DNA of 64,000 bases from a bacterium (GTDB lineage Bacteria > Patescibacteriota > Doudnabacteria > UBA920), in the NCBI GenBank assembly GCA_016699995.1, contig CP064996.1, forward strand, positions 412,330 to 476,329. The letters run 5' to 3'. A program made the position numbers and the translations under genes. The notes below the pieces were generated by a model. The model was given only the letters and a program-made list of their open reading frames with translations, was not told the origin of the DNA and ran no database searches. Numbering within the stretch: position 1 is the stretch's first letter; each line of letters starts with the position of its first letter. This document shows, one piece after another, positions 32,885-42,754 of the stretch.

Positions 32885-35460
32885 AAGCTTACTTAAAGAA
32901 ACCAGCCAGGCTGCCGAACCATGTAGTTCCCAGCTATTACCACATTCAAATTACGCCCAATCTGACGGATTTTACTTTTACCGGAAAAGAAAAGATTAAA
33001 CTGGCAATTAATAAGCAAAGCGATCGTATTGTTTTGCATTCCTTAGATCTGAATATCTCTAGCGCCAAATGGGAAAGCGGTAAACAGGAAGTTGTAGCAA
33101 AGAAAATTTCTTATAATAAAAAGGCAGAGACTGTCCAAGTATTCTTGCCAAAAAAAATCACAGGCAAGGGAATTTTACACCTGGAATTTTCTGGCACTAT
33201 CTTAGACGGCTTACAAGGATTTTACCGAAGCAAGTATTTGCACAATGACCAAGAAAAACATTTGGCTACCACTCAACTAGAAGCCACCGATGCCCGCCGA
33301 TTTTTTCCTTGTTTTGACGAACCTGCCCATAAAGCAATTTTCGAAATGGAAGCTATAGTTCCGAAAAAGCTGCAAGTGATCTCTAACACCATCGAAGACG
33401 AAATTTTGCCGCATCACGATACCGGCTTAAAAATTGTCCGCTTTCAGCCTACGCCGCAGATGTCTACATACTTGCTGGCTTTAATAATAGGCGAATTGGA
33501 ACATTTGCAAACGCAAACTAAGAGTGGAGTGCAAATTCGCGTGCATACAACCCCCGGGAAGAAATCGCAGGGAAAGTTTGCTTTGGAGACCACCAAAAAC
33601 GCATTAGAGTTTTTAGAAGATTATTTCGGCATACCTTACCCCTTGCCGGTGTTGGATATGATTGCGATTCCGGATTTTGCTGCCGGGGCAATGGAGAATT
33701 GGGGAGCAGTGACCTTCCGCGAAAAAGAATTGCTCGTGGATGATGACCATACGCCATTTATCGCCAAGCAGCGCATTGCAGAAGTAATCAGCCACGAGTT
33801 GGTACACCAGTGGTTCGGCAACTTAGTGACTATGGAATGGTGGACGCACTTATGGCTCAACGAAAGCTTTGCCTGCTACATGGCGTACTTGGTAGTGGAT
33901 AATCTGCATCCGGAATGGAACTTTTGGACCAAATTCATCTTACAGGAGCAGTCTTATGCGTTAAATCAAGACAGTTTGCATACCAGTCATCCCATAGAAG
34001 TCGAAGTTCATCATCCCAACCAGATCGGCGAAATCTTTGATGGCATCAGCTACTCTAAAGGCGCAAGCATATTGCGCATGCTTTCCAGCTATATTGGCGA
34101 AGAAACTTTTCGGAAAGGATTGTCTTTGTACTTAAAGAAGCATTCCTATAAAAACACTTCCTCTATTCATTTGTGGGAAGCATTCGAAAAAGCATCAGGA
34201 AAGCCGGTAAGAAAGTTTATGAAGCGCTGGACCCAGGAAGTAGGTTATCCGATGGTGGACGTATCTCTGCACAACAACCGCTTGCTCTTAACTCAAAACA
34301 AATTTACTCAGCTGCCTCAGAGGGCTTCAAAAAGACAACGCAGCCCAGTTTGGTCAGTGCCAATTTTACCTTTTTACGGAAAAAATGTACCAACTGGCGA
34401 TATCGAGCTGACCAGAAGTTCTCAATCTTTCCCAGTGCCTTCCAATTACCAGTTGATAAAATTGAATGACCAGGAGCAAAGTTTTTTCATTACTAATTAC
34501 GATCTGCCCCTACTGGCTAGGTTAGCGCAGGAGGTAAAGGCGAAAGAATTTTCCAGCGTGGACCGCCTGGCTATTTTGCGCAACACTTTTTTGCTGGCCA
34601 AGGCGGGGAAGTTAAGCACTGATATCTTTTTAGAATTAGCTAAAAATTTACAGCAAGAAACCAGTTATGTTGTATGGTCAGAGGTAGCTGGTAGTCTTAA
34701 TAATCTTGGGCAAATGCTTGCAGGTACCAGTACGGAGAAGTTTTACAATAATTTCTTATCCAAAATCTACGGACAGCTTATCAGCAAAAAGGAATTAGGC
34801 TTCAATGCAAAAGACAGGGAGACATATAACAATAAAACCTTGAGAGGACTGGCTTTTTTGCAATCGGGCTTATACGGCCATAAGCCTTCTATCTCTGCCG
34901 CCAACCAAATGTTCGCTCAGCGCTTGAAGGGAAAAGCAACCGACCCCGACACCCGTCTGGCTGTTTATGCGACCGTTGCTAGGTGGGGTAATGCAAAAGC
35001 CTACCAGCAGCTGGTTGCGCTGTACAAAAAAGTAGAATCGGCTCAAGAAAAGCAGCAGCTGCTTTTGGCATTAACTAAATTTCAGCAGCCAGAACTGCAA
35101 AGGAAAGTTTTGAAATTCTTTTATGGCAAAGAGATCCGCGATCAAGACCGTTTTTTGGTTATCAATTACTCGCTGCAAACATCTAGCTTAAAAAAGCAGG
35201 CATGGAAAGCTTTGCAGGCAAACTGGAAAAATTTGGAAAGAAAGTACGGCTCCAGCAAAATGCTTGGTTCTATAATTTCCGGAGCTTCGAGCTTTAACTC
35301 TAAACAAGAATCCAACAGTTTCGAAAAATTTGTTAAGACCCACGACCTCAGCAGTGCAAAGCAGGCCGTTAAGCAAACCCGAGAGAAAATTGCGATTAAG
35401 CTGGCATGGCTGAAGAGGGATTTGGGCTTCGTGCGGGCGTATTTGATAAAAAACCAATAG
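32881..35460 (+). CDS. pepN: M1-family aminopeptidase N
   Basis: GAMENWG exopeptidase motif and HELVHQWFGNLVTMEWW...LWLNESFA (HExxH-x18-E). Confidence 0.9.
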   Translation: MKAYLKKPARLPNHVVPSYYHIQITPNLTDFTFTGKEKIKLAINKQSDRIVLHSLDLNISSAKWESGKQEVVAKKISYNKKAETVQVFLPKKITGKGILHLEFSGTILDGLQGFYRSKYLHNDQEKHLATTQLEATDARRFFPCFDEPAHKAIFEMEAIVPKKLQVISNTIEDEILPHHDTGLKIVRFQPTPQMSTYLLALIIGELEHLQTQTKSGVQIRVHTTPGKKSQGKFALETTKNALEFLEDYFGIPYPLPVLDMIAIPDFAAGAMENWGAVTFREKELLVDDDHTPFIAKQRIAEVISHELVHQWFGNLVTMEWWTHLWLNESFACYMAYLVVDNLHPEWNFWTKFILQEQSYALNQDSLHTSHPIEVEVHHPNQIGEIFDGISYSKGASILRMLSSYIGEETFRKGLSLYLKKHSYKNTSSIHLWEAFEKASGKPVRKFMKRWTQEVGYPMVDVSLHNNRLLLTQNKFTQLPQRASKRQRSPVWSVPILPFYGKNVPTGDIELTRSSQSFPVPSNYQLIKLNDQEQSFFITNYDLPLLARLAQEVKAKEFSSVDRLAILRNTFLLAKAGKLSTDIFLELAKNLQQETSYVVWSEVAGSLNNLGQMLAGTSTEKFYNNFLSKIYGQLISKKELGFNAKDRETYNNKTLRGLAFLQSGLYGHKPSISAANQMFAQRLKGKATDPDTRLAVYATVARWGNAKAYQQLVALYKKVESAQEKQQLLLALTKFQQPELQRKVLKFFYGKEIRDQDRFLVINYSLQTSSLKKQAWKALQANWKNLERKYGSSKMLGSIISGASSFNSKQESNSFEKFVKTHDLSSAKQAVKQTREKIAIKLAWLKRDLGFVRAYLIKNQ

Positions 35461-35494
35461 TTTAATATACTTAGTAGGTGATTAATTGATATTT

Positions 35495-36982
35495 ATGAAA
35501 CCATTTATTAAGCGAATTTTGGTTTTTTTATTTGTCATTTTATTGGGTGCAGCGGCAGCCTGGGTAGTCCATCCGCAGGGCAGTAAAATCGACTTAAATA
35601 AAATCGGAATTAACTACAAAAAAGAGTTCAATCTGCGCCTTGGGCTAGACCTTAAAGGCGGTGCTCACTTAGTTTATAAGGCAGATTTTAAGGATGTCGC
35701 AGATGCCGACAAATCCGATGCGTTAAACAGCGTCCGCGATACTATCGAGCGCCGCGTTAATGCTTTTGGCGTATCCGAACCAGTCATTCAAGTTCAGGGC
35801 TCGGATCAGATTATTGTTGACCTACCCGGGGTGGCAGACGTTAACGAAGCTATTAACCAAATTGGCCAAACTCCACTATTAGAATTTCGTACCCAGGGCG
35901 ACCCAAATGCGGTACAGAACGCAACTGTCGGAGCAGACGGTCAGGTAGTGTTGGATCCTTTGGCAGGCTGGGATCAAACAGCCTTATCCGGAAAGCAGCT
36001 GAAGCGGGCCACCGCAGACGTTCAAGCTCAGCAGGGTTCTTTGAACTCGGGAATTATTGTTCGGTTGCAGTTTGATGATGAAGGCACCAAGCTATTCTCA
36101 GAACTGACCCAGGCTAACATCGGCAAGCAAATTGCAATTGTTCTGGACGGCCAAATCATCAGCGCACCGACTGTACAAACAGCAATTACCGACGGCGAAG
36201 CGATTATTTCCGGCAACTTCCCAGCAGACGAAGCAAAGGAGTTGGCTACTCGTCTAAATTCTGGTGCTTTACCTGTGCCTGTCAGCTTAATTTCTCAACA
36301 GAATATCGGAGCCTCTTTGGGACAAGAATCCATTCAGCTCTCTCTCATCGCCGGTCTCATCGGCTTGCTGATGGTGGTGCTATTTATGATTTTCTACTAC
36401 AGATATCCAGGCCTATTGGCCGTATTAGCCCTGATTATTTATGTATTGCTTTCTATTGCAATATTTAAGATCGGCATCTCGATCACAGCTATCGTTCTGG
36501 TCGGCGCATTCTTCCTGCTCGGCGTAGTTGTGAGTGGCTGGTTCGGCATCCTGGCGTTGGTTAGCTATATTGCGTTAATGCTCTTAAATGGCGTACAACC
36601 AGTGACTCTAACATTGGCTGGCATTGCTGGATTCATTTTGTCTATCGGTATGGCTGTGGATGCCAATATTTTGATCTTTGAGAGAATGAAGGAAGAAATC
36701 CGCAGCGGCAAGGAGCTTACCAAAGCGATTGACGATGGCTTTGCCCGAGCTTGGCTATCTATTCGTGACTCGAATGTATCTAGCTTGATAACAACTTTCA
36801 TCTTGTACATGTTCGGCACGCCTTCGATCAAAGGGTTTGCCATCACACTGTCTATCGGTATTTTAATCTCTATGTTCAGCGCTATCACAGCTACCCGCAC
36901 TTTCTTAAGATTATTAATGACAAAGCGAATCTCAACAATGCCATGGCTATTTGGGGCGAAGCTTAAGAAAGCAAAGGAATAA
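35495..36982 (+). CDS. secD: protein translocase subunit SecD
   Basis: Periplasmic domain plus six C-terminal TMs (GFAITLSIGILISMFSAITATR). Followed 5 nt later by secF. Confidence 0.9.
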   Translation: MKPFIKRILVFLFVILLGAAAAWVVHPQGSKIDLNKIGINYKKEFNLRLGLDLKGGAHLVYKADFKDVADADKSDALNSVRDTIERRVNAFGVSEPVIQVQGSDQIIVDLPGVADVNEAINQIGQTPLLEFRTQGDPNAVQNATVGADGQVVLDPLAGWDQTALSGKQLKRATADVQAQQGSLNSGIIVRLQFDDEGTKLFSELTQANIGKQIAIVLDGQIISAPTVQTAITDGEAIISGNFPADEAKELATRLNSGALPVPVSLISQQNIGASLGQESIQLSLIAGLIGLLMVVLFMIFYYRYPGLLAVLALIIYVLLSIAIFKIGISITAIVLVGAFFLLGVVVSGWFGILALVSYIALMLLNGVQPVTLTLAGIAGFILSIGMAVDANILIFERMKEEIRSGKELTKAIDDGFARAWLSIRDSNVSSLITTFILYMFGTPSIKGFAITLSIGILISMFSAITATRTFLRLLMTKRISTMPWLFGAKLKKAKE

Positions 36983-36987
36983 AATAT

Positions 36988-37881
36988 ATGAAATTACTAA
37001 ATTACTACCGGCAGTTCTTTGTTCTCTCTATAGCTATTACTCTGATTAGCATCATCGCTTTAGCTGTATTCGGGCTTAAACTCGGCATAGATTTTAAAGG
37101 TGGTTCCGTAACAGAGTTGGAATTTAACCAAGCTGTAGATACAGGTAAAGTCAGAGAGGTTATTCAACAGAAGGGGATTAGCGGTGCGCAGGTTCAGTCT
37201 ACAGAAGATAACGGCGTGATTATTCGCACCGAGCAGCAAGATGAAGAAAAGCATAAGGAGCTTTTGGCTGCTTTAAAAACTGACGTGGGTGAATTTACCG
37301 AAAAAAGCTATCAGTCGATCGGTCCTATCGTGGGAGAACAGCTCACTAGGCAAGCTGTATATCAGCTTATCTTAGTGTCATTGGGTATTGTGTTATACAT
37401 TGCATATGCGTTCCGTAAGGTTACTAAGCCTATTTCCAGCTGGCAATTCGGTATTGCAGCAGTTGTAGCCCTCCTCCATGACTTGATTGTCGTACTCGGT
37501 ATTTTTGCACTTCTTGGACACTTCTTTAACATCGAAATAGACAGCATGTTCGTTACCGCTATGCTTACCGTATTGGGCTTCTCGGTTCACGATACGATTA
37601 TTGTGTTCGATAGAATCCGCGAAAATCTGCGAGTGTATGCAGGGCAGTCGATCGAGTTCGTCGTTAATCATAGTATTTCGCAAACATTAGTCCGTTCGCT
37701 CAATACTAGCTTAACCGTACTCTTTGTATTGCTTGCACTGCTCCTATTTGGAGGCGAGACTATCCGTTATTTCGTTCTAGCCTTATTCGTAGGTATAGTG
37801 GCCGGTACTTATTCGTCCATCTTCGTAGCTAGTCCAATACTAGTTTTGTGGCAAAATTACAGATTGCGTAAACGAAAATAA
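36988..37881 (+). CDS. secF: protein translocase subunit SecF
   Basis: LGIDFKGGS N-terminal motif and six TMs. Confidence 0.9.
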   Translation: MKLLNYYRQFFVLSIAITLISIIALAVFGLKLGIDFKGGSVTELEFNQAVDTGKVREVIQQKGISGAQVQSTEDNGVIIRTEQQDEEKHKELLAALKTDVGEFTEKSYQSIGPIVGEQLTRQAVYQLILVSLGIVLYIAYAFRKVTKPISSWQFGIAAVVALLHDLIVVLGIFALLGHFFNIEIDSMFVTAMLTVLGFSVHDTIIVFDRIRENLRVYAGQSIEFVVNHSISQTLVRSLNTSLTVLFVLLALLLFGGETIRYFVLALFVGIVAGTYSSIFVASPILVLWQNYRLRKRK

Positions 37882-37883
37882 CT

Positions 37884-37912
37884 AAAAACCCCTTATATAA
37901 GGGGTTTTTTAT
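37884..37912 (+). terminator. rho-independent terminator after secF
   Basis: AAAAACCCCTTATATAAGGGGTTTTTTATTT. Confidence 0.85.
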
Positions 37913-37985
37913 TTGAAAAATGGTATAATAATTATTTGACGAACTCATATATATATGTTATAATCTTGAATATTAAGATTTAGTT

Positions 37986-39077
37986 ATGGGCATTTTAGAT
38001 ACTATAATCGATACGCACCAACGAGAATCTTTGCAAGAATTTGAGTTAAACTTGATCATTGCGAAGATCCTTGAACCTTTGAAAGAGCGCGAAAAGCTGA
38101 TTCTTTCCAAGCGTTATGGTTTAAACAGCGAACCTGTTCAGACTTTAAAGGTAGTCGGGGAAGAACAGGGCTTAACTCGCGAGCGCGTTCGACAAATCGA
38201 AAAGGAGTTACTCAAGAACTTAAAACGTGGCGTTAACCAGCTGGAAGAGTTTATCTCTGCCCGTGACCTTTTAGTTACTACTATCGCCGAACACGGCGGT
38301 TTGATGTCGGAAAAGTCTCTGATCCAATTTTTAGGCTACTCGGAAGAAAGCGATGTCCAGGCATTAAAATTCTTATTGCGTTTAATTACAGAAATTGAAG
38401 AGCACAGCGAAGATGAGCATATCCGACAGTCCTGGTCTAAGATTGGTTTCGATAAAGATTTTTTGCGAGACTTTGTAAAAACCACAAAAGAATTGCTAGA
38501 TAACCATGGTCAGCCTTTGGAACCCGAAAAGTTTATCGAAAAATTTGAACAATCGGAATTCTTTAAGCAGAATCAGGACAAGCTTACTCCGAAAGTAGTA
38601 TTGAACTACCTGCACGCTGCAAGCGGCGTTAAGAAGAACCCTTTCGGAGAATTTGGATTGCATCACTGGAACGAAATTAAGCCAAAAGACGTTGGCGATA
38701 AAGCTTATTTAGTAATGAAGCACCACAAGAAGCCGGAGCATTATTCTGCAATTACCGATCTGATCAACGAGCACAACATTGACGGCCGCAAGGCTTACAA
38801 AGAAACAGTTCACAATAAGCTCATTAAAGACAAGCGCTTTGTACTAGTCGGCCGCGGCATTTATGCCTTAACCGAATGGGGCTATAAGCCAGGGGTTGTG
38901 TCCGACATCATTGTAGAAATACTTAAGGAATCTGGCGAACCTCTTACTCGCGACGCGATCGTAGAAAAAGTTTTGGATCGCCGCCTTGTCAAAAAAAATA
39001 CTGTATTGGTTGGCTTGTCTAACAAGAAATTATTCAAAAAAGTGGGTAAAAACCTTTACTCTTTAGCTAACAGTTAA
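37986..39077 (+). CDS. sigma-70 region-4-like HTH protein fused to tandem HARE-HTH-like winged-helix modules
   Basis: N-terminal LSKRYGL...TLKVVGEEQGLTRERVRQIEKELLKNLKR is a sigma r4 / LuxR-type HTH. C-terminal KAYLVMKHHKKPEHYSAITDLINE...KRFVLVGRGIYALTEW and IIVEILKESGEPLTRDAIVEKV...VGKNLYSL follow the HARE-HTH pattern. Confidence 0.55.
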   Translation: MGILDTIIDTHQRESLQEFELNLIIAKILEPLKEREKLILSKRYGLNSEPVQTLKVVGEEQGLTRERVRQIEKELLKNLKRGVNQLEEFISARDLLVTTIAEHGGLMSEKSLIQFLGYSEESDVQALKFLLRLITEIEEHSEDEHIRQSWSKIGFDKDFLRDFVKTTKELLDNHGQPLEPEKFIEKFEQSEFFKQNQDKLTPKVVLNYLHAASGVKKNPFGEFGLHHWNEIKPKDVGDKAYLVMKHHKKPEHYSAITDLINEHNIDGRKAYKETVHNKLIKDKRFVLVGRGIYALTEWGYKPGVVSDIIVEILKESGEPLTRDAIVEKVLDRRLVKKNTVLVGLSNKKLFKKVGKNLYSLANS

Positions 39078-39113
39078 ATTTAATTTTCAGAAACAAAAAC
39101 CAGGTCTAATATT

Positions 39114-40337
39114 ATGGAAAACGGTCTATTCCCAGACGTAATCAATTTGTTAAGCACTATTTGGTTCCTATTCAGTCATGGGGGATGGGTCGTTTTTGTT
39201 ATTATCACAATTTATATTCTGTATCAGTTGTATATTAACGAAATACAGGGGCAGTATGTAAACAGTATTGAGTGGACCCTATTAGAAATTAAGCCTCCCA
39301 AAGAGAATCCGACCAGCTTCTATAACGCGGAACAAGTATTTATTCAGCTGCACCAGCTGTTTGATAATTTTACATTCCAAGAAAAATACCTCGAAGGCAA
39401 GGTGGTGTTTACCATTGCTTTCGAAATTGTCAGTTTGGGTGGCCGCATCTCTTACTTAGTGCGAGTGCCGACCAAGCAGCGCGATCTATTAGAGGCCGCC
39501 TTATATGCCAATTATCCAAGCATAGAATTGACAGAAGTAAAGGATTACTTGGACAATTTTCACTATGATCCAGAAGACAAGCGCTACGATTTATTTGGTG
39601 CGGAATTTGTACCTGTTAAAAATCAGGCATATCCGATCCGTACTTACCGCGAGTTTGAAAGTTTGCACGGTCCAGAACTGAGCGAAATAGTAGTGGATCC
39701 ACTATCGCCGTTACTAGAAACTTTTACTAAGATTAGCGACCAGGAATTTTATGGTGTGCAATTCATCCTGCAGCCGGTAATGGATTCTTCTTGGGAACCG
39801 GATGCCTTGGAGCAAATTGATAAGCTGCTAGGCGAAAAGACTATCGTCACTGCTGACGGTAAAAAGGCTAAAGTCAAGAACGACATGATGGGCGTAGACG
39901 AAATTGTAAAGCAACAGATCGTCTCGATTAAAAGCAAGCTTAACCGTCCCGGTTTTAGAACCAAGATCCGAATGCTGCACTTAGGAACTAAAGAGCAATT
40001 TAATAAGAATGCAAAAAAACTAATCTTAAGTCCATTTCGAGTTTTTGCCGCACCAAACTTCAACAGCCTAAAGCCGACCTACGGTCCTAAAAAAGATTAT
40101 CGCATCTCCCCGAGCTTAGAAGGTGCGTATATCGACTGGTGGGTTAAACGCCGCAAAAAGGAACTATTTGAGGCTTACAAAGGGCGCAGTAGTTATATGG
40201 GCGATAAAACTGCTATTCTTAATACAGAAGAGCTGGCCACTCTATATCATTTCCCGATTACTACGACTTCTGTCACTCAGCCGGTAGAATCGCTCGAAGT
40301 GAAGAAGATTCAGCCACCAGCCAACCTACCTATTTAA
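39114..40337 (+). CDS. hypothetical membrane-anchored protein (N-terminal TM)
   Basis: 407 aa with one hydrophobic helix FLFSHGGWVVFVIITIYILYQLY. 21 nt upstream of the ATPase gene. Confidence 0.45.
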   Translation: MENGLFPDVINLLSTIWFLFSHGGWVVFVIITIYILYQLYINEIQGQYVNSIEWTLLEIKPPKENPTSFYNAEQVFIQLHQLFDNFTFQEKYLEGKVVFTIAFEIVSLGGRISYLVRVPTKQRDLLEAALYANYPSIELTEVKDYLDNFHYDPEDKRYDLFGAEFVPVKNQAYPIRTYREFESLHGPELSEIVVDPLSPLLETFTKISDQEFYGVQFILQPVMDSSWEPDALEQIDKLLGEKTIVTADGKKAKVKNDMMGVDEIVKQQIVSIKSKLNRPGFRTKIRMLHLGTKEQFNKNAKKLILSPFRVFAAPNFNSLKPTYGPKKDYRISPSLEGAYIDWWVKRRKKELFEAYKGRSSYMGDKTAILNTEELATLYHFPITTTSVTQPVESLEVKKIQPPANLPI

Positions 40338-40358
40338 AGCAAGAACATTTATACCTTT

Positions 40359-42302
40359 ATGGAACAAAAAGAACAAATCAATTTTTTTGGCAAAACGAAC
40401 TTCCGCAATCGGCAAGTTCCTTTTGGCATTAAAACCGACGATCGCCGTCGTCACATGTATGTGATCGGTAAAACAGGAATGGGGAAGACCACGTTGATGG
40501 AAAACATGGTTATTCAGGATATCCGCAACGGCAACGGCGTCTGCTTCATCGACCCCCATGGCGATCCGATAATGAAAATTTTGGATTTTGTTCCGCCTCA
40601 TCGGATTAACGACGTGGTGTACTTTAATCCGGCCGATTTAGACTACCCGATCGCGTTCAATATATTAGAATCTGTGGAAAGCCGGTATAAACATTTAGTC
40701 GCTTCCGGCTTGATGGGTGTGTTCACCAAAATTTGGGCCAGCATGTGGTCTAGCCGTATGGAATACATTCTAAACAACACCATTTTGGCTTTGCTCGACA
40801 GTCCTGGCAACACTATGCTTGGTATTGTGCGAATGTATGTAGATAAAAAGTACCGTAAAAAAATTGTCGATAATATCAAGGATCCAATGGTTAAGGCTTT
40901 TTGGATTGAAGAGTTCGCCAATTATGCAGAAAAGTACCGAACAGAAGCCGTGGCTCCGATCCAGAACAAAGTCGGACAGTTTTTATCCTCGGCCGTCATT
41001 CGCAACATCGTGGGGCAGCCAAAATCTACAATAGATTTGCGCGATATAATGGATAACCAAAAAATTCTATTGCTGGACCTTTCTAAAGGTAAAGTGGGTG
41101 AAGATAACTCCGCGTTACTCGGAGCCATGATTATTACTAAACTCCAGTTGGCAGCTTTATCTCGCGTGGACATACCGGAAAGCGAACGTAAGGATTTTTA
41201 TTTATACGTGGACGAATTTCAAAACTTCGTCACGGACAGTTTTGCGACTATTCTAAGCGAAGCGCGTAAATATCGTTTAAACCTTACCATGGGCCACCAG
41301 TATATCGGCCAGCTGACTCCGGAAAACAATACCAAAGTTCGCGATGCCGTATTCGGTAACGTTGGCTCTATGATTGTATTCCGAGTAGGAGCGGCGGATG
41401 CCGAGTATTTAGAAACGGAGTTCGAACCGGCATTTACCCCTACAGACATCGTCAATTTGCCTAAATTCCATATCGTCTTAAAACTAATGATCAACGGCGT
41501 GGCCAGCGATCCTTTCACGGCTACAACCATTCCTGTCGATGAGAACTGGAGAATAGGGGACGGTGAAAAAGTAATTAAAGTTTCTCGAGAACGCTATGCT
41601 AATCCGCGTGAAGAAGTAGAAGAAAAGATTCAGCGCTGGATGGGCACAGAATTTCATGAGGCTTCTGCCGATTCGCACAGTGCTGAAAATGGCGAACAGT
41701 CTATCCGCAGACAGCGAGATCTTCCCGCACAAAAAGCTGGGACGGGCGGTTATGCTGCGTCCAGAGAACGCACCCCAGTGACTCGTCCGGAGAGCAATGA
41801 GAATATGCGCCAAACTGATCAAAATGATCAGCCTGGGGTAGTCGCGGAAGTAAGTGAAGTGGCTGTGCGTAAAGCCAGCATCCAAATCGCCGATGATTTC
41901 TTAAACCGCGTAAAGACTCCGGCCAAAGCTCCAGCCTTTGGTCCATCCGCCGCTGCGCCGGGAAAGCTGGGTCCAAATAGTAATTCAAATAGAACTGGAG
42001 GCCGTTCCTTTAGCAAGCCTAACAGTAGAACAGCTGCGGCACAGCCTGGCAACGCGTATTCGCGCCCAAAACCGGCTCCAAAAGGCCCAAAGAAGCCCGA
42101 CTTTTGGAAAACTGCCCAAACTCTAAATCAACAAAACCAGGAAGGATTGGCTAATAACATCGCTGATGCTTTAGAAGGCGCGTTTACAACAGCACCACCA
42201 AAACCTCAGCCAGCTGCACAACAAGCTCCAAAACCTCCAGTAGACGGTCAAAGTGCAAATCAGACCGGCATAGCAGAGGAAGGACAGACTTACAATTTAT
42301 AA
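40359..42302 (+). CDS. TraD/TraG/VirD4-like (AAA_10-type) P-loop ATPase with long low-complexity C-terminal tail
   Basis: Walker A YVIGKTGMGKTTLMENM and Walker B LYVDEFQNF. The last roughly 200 aa are rich in P/A/Q/G/N. Confidence 0.6.
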   Translation: MEQKEQINFFGKTNFRNRQVPFGIKTDDRRRHMYVIGKTGMGKTTLMENMVIQDIRNGNGVCFIDPHGDPIMKILDFVPPHRINDVVYFNPADLDYPIAFNILESVESRYKHLVASGLMGVFTKIWASMWSSRMEYILNNTILALLDSPGNTMLGIVRMYVDKKYRKKIVDNIKDPMVKAFWIEEFANYAEKYRTEAVAPIQNKVGQFLSSAVIRNIVGQPKSTIDLRDIMDNQKILLLDLSKGKVGEDNSALLGAMIITKLQLAALSRVDIPESERKDFYLYVDEFQNFVTDSFATILSEARKYRLNLTMGHQYIGQLTPENNTKVRDAVFGNVGSMIVFRVGAADAEYLETEFEPAFTPTDIVNLPKFHIVLKLMINGVASDPFTATTIPVDENWRIGDGEKVIKVSRERYANPREEVEEKIQRWMGTEFHEASADSHSAENGEQSIRRQRDLPAQKAGTGGYAASRERTPVTRPESNENMRQTDQNDQPGVVAEVSEVAVRKASIQIADDFLNRVKTPAKAPAFGPSAAAPGKLGPNSNSNRTGGRSFSKPNSRTAAAQPGNAYSRPKPAPKGPKKPDFWKTAQTLNQQNQEGLANNIADALEGAFTTAPPKPQPAAQQAPKPPVDGQSANQTGIAEEGQTYNL

Positions 42303-42304
42303 AT

Positions 42305-42338
42305 CAAAAAACCGTTGAAAGTTTCAACGGTTTTTTTG
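42305..42338. terminator. bidirectional terminator
   Basis: AAAAAACCGTTGAAAG-TTTCAACGGTTTTTTTG. Confidence 0.85.
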
Positions 42339-42662
42339 TTAAGCTAAGAGTTTTTCTATTTCTGCTTCGATAGTAGCTTTTGGGGCAGCTCCTACGATTT
42401 CGCCAACGATCTGTCCGTCCTTAAAGAATTTCATAGTTGGGATGCTCATAATGCCGTATTCCTGTGTGAGTTCGGGCTCTTCGTCAACGTTGATTTTTGC
42501 TACCTTAATTTTACCTGCATACTGTTCGGCTAATTCTGCGACAATTGGACCGAGAATTTTGCAAGGACCGCACCATACCGCCCAGAAGTCCACCAGAACC
42601 AAACGATCCGATTTTAGCACCTCAAAATCAAAAGTGCTTTTAGTTGCTTTTATTTCGCTCAT
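42339..42662 (-). CDS. trxA: thioredoxin
   Basis: WAVWCGPCK active site, 107 aa. Confidence 0.9.
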   Translation of the reverse strand: MSEIKATKSTFDFEVLKSDRLVLVDFWAVWCGPCKILGPIVAELAEQYAGKIKVAKINVDEEPELTQEYGIMSIPTMKFFKDGQIVGEIVGAAPKATIEAEIEKLLA

Positions 42663-42754
42663 AAATATAAATTAATGTACCCATTCAGTGTATTAAAATT
42701 CGGGTGTAGTGTCAATGAGTTGCCTAAAACCAGCAAGGGATTTATTATGTTAAT

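Noticed and set aside
41219-42052. Minus-strand ORFs of 95-133 aa within the T4CP-like ATPase gene
   Set aside because: Antisense to the coding sequence, concentrated over its GC-rich low-complexity tail. No translation signals.
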